The notes: generated from the letters alone by a model not told the origin. A DNA stretch of 63,305 bases, filler included, from 8 parts of 8 records of this genome joined end to end with filler, not necessarily neighbours in it, one strand, 5' to 3'; shown: positions 22,805 to 32,932, numbered from the whole stretch's first letter. Numbers and translations: made by a program.

Positions 22805-24145
22805 ATGATACCTGGTGAGGTTAAGGCTTTCTTTTCATCCCAGTTTGGCAAGTCCCTTCTTGTGAAGGGAAAGCCAGGGACTGGAAAGACCACTTTTGTC
22901 TTTGGAATACTTGATGAGTTGTGTTCTCAGGGCAACTGCATTTATATTTCTCCTCGTATCGACAAATCCTCTGATTATGGTGATTATCCCTGGATTGAGG
23001 GTGATTTTACCAGTAATGAGGATTTTCTCAGAATGCTTGCATCCCGTATAAAAGTGATATGGGAATCCAGTGAAACTAACCCTATAATTGTTGTGGATTC
23101 AATTGATTCCCTAAGCATTGCCACTACAAGATCTTCTGATTGGGAATCGAATAAGTTCGAACTTGAGCGTTTGCTATTTGATTTTTCCAGGAAGGTAAAC
23201 GCAGATATTATCATGATCACCGAGCAGACAGAAGTTACATCACTTGACTATCTTGTTGATGGTGTTGTCTTCCTTGAAATCGATAGTATATCTGATAACG
23301 ATATAAGGAAGATCAATCTGCTAAAAATGCGTGGAGTGGAGCTATCTCAACCCAGGTACCCGTTCACCCTTGATGGTGGTAGTTTCAACAGCTTTGAACA
23401 ATTCAAAGTCTCATATCCACAGCAGACGCAGGTTCCGCACCCTCTTCCTGATCCTATAGAGAGCAAAATATCGACAGGAATCCATGATTTTGATGAGATT
23501 CTGGGAGGAGGCTACCAGAAAGGAAGCTTCAATCTTTTTGAAATCACAAGTGGAGTCGGTGATTCATTCTATAGTCTGCTTTTGCCTGCGTTCATAAATC
23601 ATCTGAATATGGGCAGGGGTCTTCTGAGCATGCCCACAGAAGGTACGAGTGTTGAAACTGAAAAGCGTATGATAGGTCCTTTCACAGGCGAGAATAATTT
23701 CCATGGCCAGTTCACAGGCTTTGAGATACGTGACCTGAAAGGAAGGATTCCCACATACATTGAACCGTTCTCAGGAAATGTTTACAAGGATATGGATGTC
23801 TTCCATAAGGCTAAGAGTGAAATGATGCAGAAATATGGTTCTCCTTTGCTTGATTATATTGGTCTTGACAGTATGGAGTACAACTATGGATGGGAGAACA
23901 TCGGTTCAATAATAGGTCAAATAGCATCTATAACAAAGACAACTGAGAATATTGTCCTTGCCGTTACAAAGTATGGCCAGAGGATAACAGAATCTGTGGC
24001 ACACATGGCCACAACCCACTGGAAATTTGAAAACGTTGACAGAACACTTGTTGTGTATGGTGTTGTACCCAAAACAGGTCTTTTTGCAGTTCAGATGGAA
24101 TTTGTTTCCGGCTATCCGCAGGTTAGTCTGATTCCCATGAAATAA
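22805..24145 (+). CDS. GvpD/KaiC-like tandem P-loop ATPase
   Basis: SLLVKGKPGTGKTT, VVDS, LDYLVDGVV, KMRG in domain 1; ISTGIHDFDEILGGG begins a second domain lacking an intact Walker A. Confidence 0.78.
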   Translation: MIPGEVKAFFSSQFGKSLLVKGKPGTGKTTFVFGILDELCSQGNCIYISPRIDKSSDYGDYPWIEGDFTSNEDFLRMLASRIKVIWESSETNPIIVVDSIDSLSIATTRSSDWESNKFELERLLFDFSRKVNADIIMITEQTEVTSLDYLVDGVVFLEIDSISDNDIRKINLLKMRGVELSQPRYPFTLDGGSFNSFEQFKVSYPQQTQVPHPLPDPIESKISTGIHDFDEILGGGYQKGSFNLFEITSGVGDSFYSLLLPAFINHLNMGRGLLSMPTEGTSVETEKRMIGPFTGENNFHGQFTGFEIRDLKGRIPTYIEPFSGNVYKDMDVFHKAKSEMMQKYGSPLLDYIGLDSMEYNYGWENIGSIIGQIASITKTTENIVLAVTKYGQRITESVAHMATTHWKFENVDRTLVVYGVVPKTGLFAVQMEFVSGYPQVSLIPMK

Positions 24146-24235
24146 GCAAAATTTTGTGCCGCAAGTACATTTTATGCCCAAACATTAATAAGAAAATAAA
24201 GCAAATAATATTTACTAAACAAAATTAAAAGGTAC

Positions 24236-25297
24236 TTGTCAATGAACGTTCAAACGCAGGAAATCCTCTCAACCCTCAGGAATGAGCTCGTCAGCAAGAA
24301 TGCATTGTTCCTTGCTCCGGTTGACAGCTTAATTGAACGGTTGGTATATTTTTATGTGTCAGATATACTTAATGAAGATCCTGACCGGACGATCGTCTGG
24401 TTATGTCTGAGTGCTCCCAGAGAGAAGGTTCTTTCTCGTTTTGAGGATTTCGGGTTTGATATTGGCAACTCGGAAAGGATATTTTTTATTGATATTGACA
24501 TACCTGGAAAAGAGCACCAGGATGATACGCTGTATTGTAGTTCGGTAGCTGACTACACAAAAATGGCTTCTCATATCTCCAACCTGTTTCAGTCCAATCC
24601 ATGTTCCCTGCTTGTTCTGGATAACATGAATGTACTTGCAAGCGACACAATGCAGGTAGTGGAGAATTTTGTAAAATTCATCGAAAAGAAAGTGGCTGAA
24701 AACCAGGGAAGCATTCTTTCAGTTCTTTCCAAGAATATTTTTGCATCGGAGACTGAAGTCCTTATTACTTCGTTCTTTGATGTTGTGATTGAAATCACCA
24801 ATATAGGTGAAATACATACCGAGATAGGCCTGAAAGATTTCGATTTCAGGTATTCTGTCGATGAAGGTTCCATTGAATTTGAGCCTATCCAGAAAAAAAT
24901 AAGAAGAGACCGGCTAAAAATACTTATTGTAGATGATGAACCGGATATTCCTGAATTGTTAAAGCTTTCCCTGATAAGCGAACCCTATGATTTTCTGGTG
25001 GCGCACAATGGTGAAGAAGCCATCGATCTGACTCTTAAGGAGCTGCCAGACCTGATCCTCCTCGACATTATGATGCCGGATATGGATGGCTATGAAGTTG
25101 TTGAGCATCTCAAGAAGAGTAAGTCAGCAAGCGATATCCCTGTTATTATGATTTCCGCCAAGACAGCCATTGAAGATAAGGTAAGGGGAATGGAACTTGG
25201 CATAGATGACTATATTTCTAAACCATTTGACAAAAGAGAGGTCAAGGCAAGGATTAAGATGGTCATGAGGCGTCTTGGTTGGGTTGAAGAGGAATAA
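24236..25297 (+). CDS. Response regulator: degenerate RecA/KaiC-like N-domain plus C-terminal REC
   Basis: C-terminal ILIVDDEP, LILLDIMMPDMDG, ISAK, DDYISKPF; N-terminal IFFID, LVLDNMN, FDVVIE resembling an inactive KaiC/RAD55 fold. Confidence 0.75.
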   Translation: MSMNVQTQEILSTLRNELVSKNALFLAPVDSLIERLVYFYVSDILNEDPDRTIVWLCLSAPREKVLSRFEDFGFDIGNSERIFFIDIDIPGKEHQDDTLYCSSVADYTKMASHISNLFQSNPCSLLVLDNMNVLASDTMQVVENFVKFIEKKVAENQGSILSVLSKNIFASETEVLITSFFDVVIEITNIGEIHTEIGLKDFDFRYSVDEGSIEFEPIQKKIRRDRLKILIVDDEPDIPELLKLSLISEPYDFLVAHNGEEAIDLTLKELPDLILLDIMMPDMDGYEVVEHLKKSKSASDIPVIMISAKTAIEDKVRGMELGIDDYISKPFDKREVKARIKMVMRRLGWVEEE

Positions 25298-25362
25298 GTA
25301 TATATCTTGAAAATATATTTATTCATATGTAATTACCCATTTTCAGGAGCTGTTAAAAAATT

Positions 25363-25734
25363 ATGTGTCCTAAAGTTATGGTCGTGGATGATGAACCTGA
25401 TACCATAGACCTCATCAAATTAATTCTTGAATCGGAGAACGTAGAGGTTATCGGGGCTAAAAGTGGCGCTGAGTGTCTTGAGATCATTGGAAATGAAAAA
25501 CCGGATGCAGTTCTCCTTGATATAATGATGCCTGATATGAATGGCTGGGAAACATTCCATAAAATAAAAGAAGTGCAACCACGCTTGCCTGTGGCCATGC
25601 TCACTGTGAAAAGTCAGGAATTCGACAAAATGCTTGGCTTGCATGTGCTTAAGGCAGACGATTATATCACAAAACCTTTTAGCAGAAAGGAACTCATAGA
25701 CAGAACAAGGAAATTGCTTGACATGCAATTCTAA
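25363..25734 (+). CDS. Single-domain response regulator (REC)
   Basis: VMVVDDEP, LLDIMMP, MLT, DYITKPF. Confidence 0.92.
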   Translation: MCPKVMVVDDEPDTIDLIKLILESENVEVIGAKSGAECLEIIGNEKPDAVLLDIMMPDMNGWETFHKIKEVQPRLPVAMLTVKSQEFDKMLGLHVLKADDYITKPFSRKELIDRTRKLLDMQF

Positions 25735-26281
25735 CTGTTCTGAATCTCATATATTATCGCATTTTTATCCTTGACAAAAAGATGCGCTTTTCTTTCCCCA
25801 TTCAGTCCATTCTCAAGAGCATTACGAATATTCCAGTATTGGTCAGGGTCTATGGCTGCTCTGATAATTATTTTCCCAAATGAGTTTTTTTTCAGGTAAG
25901 AATTGATTTTTTCCGTATTAAATTCCATCACATTTGACAGCTTGTAGCTATTTTTAAATAATTTGCATTCAAGGTGGGAGTCTGAATTGATAAGCACTCT
26001 CTTGCCATCGATATCAAACATGCTTATTTCATGCTTATTTTCTCTGAAATATGCTGCAAGTTCCTGCAGAAGGCCAGCTTTTGTTACGCATTCTTCCGGT
26101 TCATAGGCATAGGTTCCGGGTGTGTTACTCTTCTTAATGTCTGCTATAGCAATTTTTTTTCTTATGGTTGCTTCACCTGGCAGGGCAACTGCAGAAAGAT
26201 CACTTTTTTTCAGTTCTCCAAAATAGAGATTCAGACGATTCAGTTTACCATCAAGCGACATATATTCCTTCTCGCAATCAA
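25731..26281 (-). CDS. C-terminal THUMP-like part of a putative SAM-dependent methyltransferase (5' truncated)
   Basis: SLDGKL..L.LYFGEL and YAYEPE..V.KAGLL pattern; frame runs to the contig edge. Confidence 0.55.
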
Positions 26282-26381
26282 NNNNNNNNNNNNNNNNNNN
26301 NNNNNNNNNNNNNNNNNNNNNNNNNTTAATTAATTAANNNNNNNNNNNNNNNNNNNNNNNNNNNNNNNNNNNNNNNNNNNN
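26282..26381. other. Artificial contig spacer
   Basis: N44-TTAATTAATTAA-N44. Confidence 0.99.
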
Positions 26382-26713
26382 ACATGCTAACTTTATTAAA
26401 TAATCAAGTTGTTAAACAAAAATTATTCTAGACGCACCTACTTTTTTACATTACAATGGTCATCAAATATAGTTATTGGCAATATTTTATGGGCAGAGCT
26501 AACCCTTTTATATTATTATATTTAAATAAGTTGATTGCCGATATTTTTGTCTGATATAAATATTAGATATTATAACGAAATGAATTTGTTGTTTAATTAT
26601 CTAACAAGGTTTGAACATACAATTATAAGCCCAAATATTTATCAGGTTTGCTATCGATATGCGGCATGGCGTCGAATTAACCTTCCGGAACGCATCCTTA
26701 TTTAAAACCGCAA

Positions 26714-27265
26714 TCAGCGCCGTATTAAGCCGGCGAATACAAATATGAGTACCGGAATGAGCAGAATCAGCATCAATATCAGAATCAGCATGGCTTGCCT
26801 TTTTAATTCCTTTTTTTCCGACTGGTCCGCGTTTTTCCATCTTCTGACAGTATAGAAAAAGTTGCTGACAGCCAGCAGTAAACCCAAAGCCTGTATACTA
26901 ATAAATATAACCGGACCACGCCAGAATCCTGCCTGAACCCATGCATCCGGGAACAAGCCTGCCAGGGCCCGATATATATTGATTACTAGTATTAACGGCG
27001 CCGAAAAAGTTGTCGTTAAAGAAAGAATGACCAGGAAAGACAACCGATGGGGGCGATCCAAATAATATAGAACACACAAAATGGCAAATATTGTCAGGGG
27101 CATAAGGGGCTCAAGGCCATGGGACTCAGAAATCATCGGAGATACGGCCGCCCAAAGAAAATAAAAGCCGACAAGAATAACCCATAATAAGAATTTATAC
27201 GGCGAGGGGGCTTCGTCGATTCGTTTTATAAACCGTTTCAATGAATTTTTCTTTTTAGAATTCAT
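26714..27265 (-). CDS. Hypothetical membrane protein
   Basis: About five hydrophobic helices; 4-nt ATGA overlap with the upstream gene. Confidence 0.6.
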   Translation of the reverse strand: MNSKKKNSLKRFIKRIDEAPSPYKFLLWVILVGFYFLWAAVSPMISESHGLEPLMPLTIFAILCVLYYLDRPHRLSFLVILSLTTTFSAPLILVINIYRALAGLFPDAWVQAGFWRGPVIFISIQALGLLLAVSNFFYTVRRWKNADQSEKKELKRQAMLILILMLILLIPVLIFVFAGLIRR

Positions 27266-27843
27266 TTTTCCAATTGCTTCTGGCGGAGATAAATTAAAAT
27301 TATGATCAAAGGCGCAACCATCCCCAAGGTTAGCAAAAGCATCTTGCCAATGGGCGGGAAGTCAAATTTGAAAACGCCGAGCAGGCCAATGAAAACTATC
27401 ATCAGGGACATGAACAATGAACAGAAACCTAATAGACGAAGATTGTGTTTCAAGGCAAACATGATCGGCGTTCCGCCCAACAAGCCCAGACCTCCGCATA
27501 ATAGGAAAAGCGATCTTCTCAAATCCTCGTTCTCAATAATTTTGGGGCTTAGGAAAACAGGAGCGAGACAGAAAAAGAGCAGAAATATTGCGGCTGATAC
27601 TTTTCTGGCCAGTGGCCAACGGCCTTCCTCGCGCATTTCGAAAATCGAAAGAGCCTTATATTCTTTTTTTTCAGGATGAAGCGCCAGGCCGATAAAACAA
27701 CCCACAACTGATCCCATCATTATAATCAGTCCGCCGGGCGGCTTGAAATCAAAGAGCAACCAGGCGATCAAGGCGCCTAATCCGGTAAAACCTAAAAAGA
27801 TCAGGAAACGATATATCCTGGTTTTTCGGTCTATTATAGTCAT
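27262..27843 (-). CDS. Hypothetical membrane protein
   Basis: About six hydrophobic helices; translationally coupled to the next gene. Confidence 0.6.
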   Translation of the reverse strand: MTIIDRKTRIYRFLIFLGFTGLGALIAWLLFDFKPPGGLIIMMGSVVGCFIGLALHPEKKEYKALSIFEMREEGRWPLARKVSAAIFLLFFCLAPVFLSPKIIENEDLRRSLFLLCGGLGLLGGTPIMFALKHNLRLLGFCSLFMSLMIVFIGLLGVFKFDFPPIGKMLLLTLGMVAPLIIILIYLRQKQLEK

Positions 27844-27902
27844 GATTGATGCCCCGCACTGTAGCAGACGTAAATATCCGTGACTGCAAATTGTAATCCT
27901 GT

Positions 27903-27931
27903 AAAAAGCAGGGCCTATAAAGACCCTGCTT
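27903..27931 (-). terminator. Probable intrinsic terminator
   Basis: AAGCAGGG...CCCTGCTT stem with a T-run on the minus strand. Confidence 0.55.
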
Positions 27932-28068
27932 ATGAGTGACTAAGCGGCGGCTAAAATCGGTTGCTTCATTTTACTTCTGCATCCTCGCATGTTTCGTTTA
28001 TGATCTCCGAGTGTAATTCTGCCTGCATTCCCTGGCGTCCGGACTATATTTTTCAAGTTGGAATGTTT

Positions 28069-28488
28069 TCAAACCCAGCCTAATTCGTTCAGCGCCCAGG
28101 GCGCATTCCAGACCTTTGTCATATGGCTCACCTTGCCGTCATTATCCATCTTTATCACGTACACATAATGGGACTGGGTCTGCTTTCCTGTTGCCGGAAC
28201 AGGGCCGCCCTCCCCGGTATGCGCGCCTTTGAAAGTAGCGAAAAATAGGGCCGTCCTGTTTGTTTCATCAAAAGCGGACGCGTGTATTTCGTAGCTGCAG
28301 CCCTGTAGAGGTCCGCTGCCCACGCCGGCCATCCAATTGCAGTAGTCCTCTAGTGAATTGATATCGACAAGAGGTTCACTTTGGGCCTCGAAGGTCGCAT
28401 TTTCAGCAGCATATTGACGGCATCCTTCCCAACCCTTGAGGCTTTCGCAGGCATTGAAAAAACTTGTTGCGGTTTCGAATGGATTCAC
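28069..28488 (-). CDS. SnoaL/NTF2-like ester cyclase family protein
   Basis: FFNACE..KGWEGC, GAHTGEGGPVPATGK, DGKVSHMTKVWN. Confidence 0.75.
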   Translation of the reverse strand: MNPFETATSFFNACESLKGWEGCRQYAAENATFEAQSEPLVDINSLEDYCNWMAGVGSGPLQGCSYEIHASAFDETNRTALFFATFKGAHTGEGGPVPATGKQTQSHYVYVIKMDNDGKVSHMTKVWNAPWALNELGWV

Positions 28489-28560
28489 AGCATTCTCCTT
28501 TCCTTTTTAATTATTAGTCCAATTTCAGGCATCTCCGGGAATTGAATCGGGCTGTCCCGG

Positions 28561-28881
28561 TTAGGTTAATTTATCCACAACATCCTTGGCCGCACCGGGA
28601 GTGACGTCGATCACCGGTATTCTGTTGACGGAGTCCGCGCCGGCAAGCATGTATTGCAGGGAAACAGATGTCATGGATTCGGCATTATCACACTCCAGGA
28701 CGCCCACGGTAACCATGGTCCCGGGCGGGAGTTCGGTTCCGGTGAAAGGATTATTCAGACAGCCGTAGATAGCCTCGATCTTGTACCCGGGCGGCGGATC
28801 CTTTGAGATCTGATCGCTGACTTTGGCTATTTCACCCAGATTTTTTATGTTATACACTGTAAATGTCAGGAACTTCATCAT
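28561..28881 (-). CDS. Small hypothetical protein (possibly DUF3303/GYD-like alpha+beta fold)
   Basis: GGGGG RBS, globular 106 aa, MKFLTF start and V.ECDNAE pattern; weak family call. Confidence 0.5.
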   Translation of the reverse strand: MMKFLTFTVYNIKNLGEIAKVSDQISKDPPPGYKIEAIYGCLNNPFTGTELPPGTMVTVGVLECDNAESMTSVSLQYMLAGADSVNRIPVIDVTPGAAKDVVDKLT

Positions 28882-28936
28882 TACCCCCCTTTTTGGGTAT
28901 TGAATGCCCCATACACATTAGGCCGGCCTCCCGGAG

Positions 28937-29233
28937 CTAACCGGTCATGCCTTTGATAACCGCCTCCACTTTTTCCAATGAAATGAGTGGATGGACCTCG
29001 AAATCGACATAGGGAACAAATTTGGTCATCATCAGCTGAACTTCCTCTTCAGACCCTTCTACAATATCGAAGCCATTCGGTTCGCCCACAAATGCGCCCC
29101 ATTCTTTAATCAATCCCTTTTCCATGTCTTGCTTGACCAATGCAATCAATAAATCCCATCCGGCTGCTCGTTCGGCCGGATCAACAGGGATAAATTGTGG
29201 ATTCAATTTCCAAAGAATCAAATACTTTCCCAT
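28937..29233 (-). CDS. DUF3303 family protein
   Basis: MGKYLILWKL, G.IKEWGAF.G...GF.IVEG, PYVDFEVHP. Confidence 0.65.
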   Translation of the reverse strand: MGKYLILWKLNPQFIPVDPAERAAGWDLLIALVKQDMEKGLIKEWGAFVGEPNGFDIVEGSEEEVQLMMTKFVPYVDFEVHPLISLEKVEAVIKGMTG

Positions 29234-29320
29234 TGTAATCATACCTCCTGATTGAAAATGGGAACTCACAGCAGTCGCCCTGATAATATAAAGGTGACCG
29301 CACGCCGCTCACGTTACGGT

Positions 29321-29365
29321 AAAAAATACGCCTCCATGAAGATGCTGCGACCTTCATGGAGGCGT
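29321..29365 (-). terminator. Strong intrinsic terminator
   Basis: Perfect 14-bp stem ACGCCTCCATGAAG/CTTCATGGAGGCGT followed by a T-run on the minus strand. Confidence 0.7.
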
Positions 29366-29535
29366 GATAAACCTACCTTTCGCAAACCCTTATGAAACAT
29401 GACTCCCTCCAAAAAGGCTGGTGGTAATTCATTTTTGTGATTTGGAAACGAACGCCCGCCCACATGAAACGTTATAAGAAATATGTTGTCAAATTACGTT
29501 CCATGACGTTTTCGGTTAATAAAAAGTTAAAAACT

Positions 29536-29961
29536 TCATGCCATTGTTTCAGTGCGAATGCGATATACTACGCCTCCGACGCCTCCGTCATCAAAACCCG
29601 GATCTAAACAGCGAACATTACGCCAGACGATTTCCGGCAACTCCTCCTTGCCCGAATCAGCCCATTCCGCCGATGCTTCCCAGATGGCGCCTATCTGGGC
29701 TGTTAGGGGAAGCAAAGCCTTGGGACACATGACGCCCGTGGATTTTTCGGGATTAAGAAAAGGATCGAAAACGAGCTTGTCGCCGACTTGAACGCCTGCA
29801 AAGCAATGGTCGGATCTTATCACTTCGCATACTGTCTGGTACTGGGTGAACTTGGCCACGTTGTTGAACAGTTTTTCAAGTCCGGCATGAAGTTCGTTTA
29901 TGCGCTCTTCGTCAAGTCCGGTGGCAGCCTTGACCATTTCCTTTGTTTCTCCGGTAAGCAT
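29536..29961 (-). CDS. Cys-motif hypothetical protein (TIGR04076-like)
   Basis: V..S..CFAG.QVGD, MCPKAL, CLDPG....GVVY pattern. Confidence 0.55.
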   Translation of the reverse strand: MLTGETKEMVKAATGLDEERINELHAGLEKLFNNVAKFTQYQTVCEVIRSDHCFAGVQVGDKLVFDPFLNPEKSTGVMCPKALLPLTAQIGAIWEASAEWADSGKEELPEIVWRNVRCLDPGFDDGGVGGVVYRIRTETMA

Positions 29962-30671
29962 AACTAACTCCTTTCAATTGCATCAAGGTTTTGGATTGGA
30001 TATTTGGGTATGATGACTTTTGTTAATCTGGTGTTTAGCTTAAGGATGGAGTTATTCCTCTTTTTACCCATCAGGGTTATAGGGTTGCTTGCTTTTCATT
30101 TTTACAAATTGGATGACGAATACGTAGGGCCGACGCATTTCGTGTTTAAACCGGATTTTGTTTTGTACCGCGGCAGTCCCGGGAATATCTGGTCAGATAA
30201 GTTGAAAGGGTATTCAAAACGCCCAGGCGGAATTTTAGCCCAGTCGAGGATGTAGAATAGAATTTGATCTGGAAAGAGGATTCTCTCTTTAGGTCGAACC
30301 CTGATTTAATGATCGGGAATCAAGTCGATATTGTCAAGGGGTTCTTTCCAATTCTTTCACAGCCACTAACAGCCCGGATTTAAAATTGAGTATCAGCAGC
30401 CGGAGCAAACTCGCCCGGTCCGTCCGATACAGTGCGTTGAGACTGATGGTATTTATAATTTCATAGCTCGTGTCACCGTTCTTCTGGCTAAATCCGATCA
30501 GCCTGTGTGGTTTTAAAAAGCAATTCAGGATATATTTATATACGTGAGAATCCAATTAAATCTGAATCAATAGAAAAACTCCGTGAAGAGTTCGTCGCCG
30601 GCGCGATCCTGTATCAATGGATTCCAAGGGGCGAACTCTTCTTTTATTAACGTAATTAAGGAGGGAAGAAA

Positions 30672-31862
30672 ATGCCGCAATCAAAAATGAGTCCTTCCAG
30701 GAACAAAAAGATTAAAAAGGTTCTTTCAATGATGAACAAGCAGAATCAACGTTTTATTCTCATAGCTCCGCCTCTTGTTGAGATGATGGATCTGACCACT
30801 ACTGACGAAGAGCTTGACTATCTTCTTCAAATGGGGACCGGGCATTATGATTACGAGCAAGCCGCAAATTCGAGCAATATGGACGATGATCAGTTTCAAT
30901 CATTTTTCGATGCGATGAACCGGAAAGGTCTGGTTCATATGGAATACGATGCGAGTGGAAAAGAGACATATCGTCTGAATGCTATTGCTGTTGGTTGGTA
31001 TGAAGTCATGATGCACTATAATGTCGGGAAACCCGTGGAAAAGGAGTTTTCAGAAAAATTTGACGAATTATTTAAATTTTTTCAGAAATTCAATTTTTTC
31101 CCGCTGCGAAATGTGCAGAACCTGGTGCTGCGTTCTTTTGTTAAACCGTCCCAGGATGCCGCAATAATGAATCCGGAAATACCGGGAAAGACCAAAAGCA
31201 AGACAATTCCAATCAACACTGCCGTATCCAATACGGATTCAAAGATTTATCCAACTTTTTATGTTAGCGACCTGGTTGAGGAATATGGGAATCAGGATTC
31301 CATATATGTATTCCCGTGCGTCTGCAGACACGGCAATAACCTCATCGGTTCGCCATGTGAATTTGACATGCCGAAAGAATCCTGCATTGCTTTTGGCAAT
31401 ACGGCAAGCGCCTGGGCAAACTGGGGCTACGGCCGTCATATATCCAAAGAGGAAGCCGTGGACGTCCTAAAGGAAGTCAGGGAAAAAGGGGCTGTCCATT
31501 CGGTCATTCATGATCGCGACGACTATCGTTTACCGGAAATGGCTATTTGTAATTGCTGTTGGGACTGCTGCGGTATTTTAAAATCATATAATATGGGGGC
31601 ACAGCCCTTAATGTATAAATCTTCTTATACCGCTCGAATCAAGGATGATGCAGATTGCAAGGAATGCGGCAACTGCGTGAAATACTGCCCAACGACCGCA
31701 ATGACAATGAATGGTAATAAAGTTGCGCTAAATAGCGACATATGTATTGGCTGCGGTCAATGCGCATTTCAGTGCAGGCAGAACAATATCGAACTGTATG
31801 CCAATGAAAGGATGGTCTATCTGCCTTTATTAAGCAAATCGGAAGCGAGAATCACGGCCTGA
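30672..31862 (+). CDS. 4Fe-4S binding protein
   Basis: CVCRH, ICNCCWDCC and two CxxCxxCxxxC ferredoxin motifs at the C-terminus. Confidence 0.85.
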   Translation: MPQSKMSPSRNKKIKKVLSMMNKQNQRFILIAPPLVEMMDLTTTDEELDYLLQMGTGHYDYEQAANSSNMDDDQFQSFFDAMNRKGLVHMEYDASGKETYRLNAIAVGWYEVMMHYNVGKPVEKEFSEKFDELFKFFQKFNFFPLRNVQNLVLRSFVKPSQDAAIMNPEIPGKTKSKTIPINTAVSNTDSKIYPTFYVSDLVEEYGNQDSIYVFPCVCRHGNNLIGSPCEFDMPKESCIAFGNTASAWANWGYGRHISKEEAVDVLKEVREKGAVHSVIHDRDDYRLPEMAICNCCWDCCGILKSYNMGAQPLMYKSSYTARIKDDADCKECGNCVKYCPTTAMTMNGNKVALNSDICIGCGQCAFQCRQNNIELYANERMVYLPLLSKSEARITA

Positions 31863-31879
31863 TTAGCAAATCTTTGCTG

Positions 31880-31973
31880 TAATGAAGCGCCCAGCAGCAA
31901 GCTACGAGATACCAAAACGGAAGCATGCTATATAAATCGCGGCAAGTTACTGGGTCTCAAACCCGCTTCATTA
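31880..31973. repeat. Degenerate REP/MITE-like palindromic element
   Basis: Terminal inverted repeats TAATGAAGCG/CGCTTCATTA and internal direct repeats GCAGCAAGCTAC/GCGGCAAGTTAC. Confidence 0.5.
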
Positions 31974-31987
31974 TTGAAACAATAAAT

Positions 31988-32932
31988 CTATGGACCAAAA
32001 TCAAGTTGGCCGCGTGCACGCAATTCCATTGGAAGCAAGCTGTTGTATATAAAGGTATTTACCTGGCTTTCCACGCTTGATTGCATCCCAATGCGCACTA
32101 CGGTTCCATTAAGCGCTTCAAGCTCTGATGGTCGTCCACTCATAATATCGCGCTGCATTGAGGCGGTTCCGGACACGGGCAGACTGTCCAGAAAAGCCAT
32201 CGTCCGGGCTACGATATCTTCAGACAAGGCGATGTCGCGTGCTCGAGCCAACGAATAAATCTCGAACATCGTCTGCTCTAACATCCGGCGGGTTCCCGGT
32301 TGGCCTAGAATTATACCGATAGGCGCCCTGGTCACCGCTCCAATGCCGCTCCAACCGGTAATCAACAAGAACTTCTGCCACAGGGCGACATGAATATCGG
32401 GCGGGACGCCCACTGTTAAGCCTGTTGCGCTTTCAAAAGCCTCGCGCAGACCTTCGACTCGCTCACTGGGGCGATTATCCAGCTCGCCAAATCTTATAAA
32501 AGGATCTGCTCCAGCATGGCAAATATGACCCGGTTCAACAATATAACTGATAAGTCCACATAAACCAACCAGCACATGATTCTGACCTAAAGCTGTCGCC
32601 AACTGAGAAGCAGCATCGACTCCATTTTGCAGCGGGACTACAAATGTTTGTGGGCCAATCATCGGACGCATTGCTTCGGCAGCCTCCGTCACTTGCCAGG
32701 CCTTGACGCTCACAAGTATCACGTCGACCATGCCGGCCTGAGCCGGATCATCAGTTGCATTGACCGGATGCACAACAAAATCGCCTTTAATGCTATCCAC
32801 TCTCAAACCCTTGGTGCGAAGGGCCTCTAGATGTTTCCCACGAGCAATAAAAACAACGTTTTCACCGGCCTGGGCCAAACGCCCGCCAAAATATCCGCCT
32901 ACCCCGCCGGCGCCATAAACTGCTATCCGCAT
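31988..32932 (-). CDS. panE: 2-dehydropantoate 2-reductase
   Basis: MRIAVYGAGGVGGYFG, LQNG, LWQKF, SMQRD..GRPSEL. Confidence 0.9.
   Translation of the reverse strand: MRIAVYGAGGVGGYFGGRLAQAGENVVFIARGKHLEALRTKGLRVDSIKGDFVVHPVNATDDPAQAGMVDVILVSVKAWQVTEAAEAMRPMIGPQTFVVPLQNGVDAASQLATALGQNHVLVGLCGLISYIVEPGHICHAGADPFIRFGELDNRPSERVEGLREAFESATGLTVGVPPDIHVALWQKFLLITGWSGIGAVTRAPIGIILGQPGTRRMLEQTMFEIYSLARARDIALSEDIVARTMAFLDSLPVSGTASMQRDIMSGRPSELEALNGTVVRIGMQSSVESQVNTFIYNSLLPMELRARGQLDFGP

Noticed and set aside
30004-30555. Short ORFs 30004-30255 and 30334-30555
   Set aside because: Non-ATG starts, no clear RBS or motifs; more likely intergenic sequence or decayed remnants.
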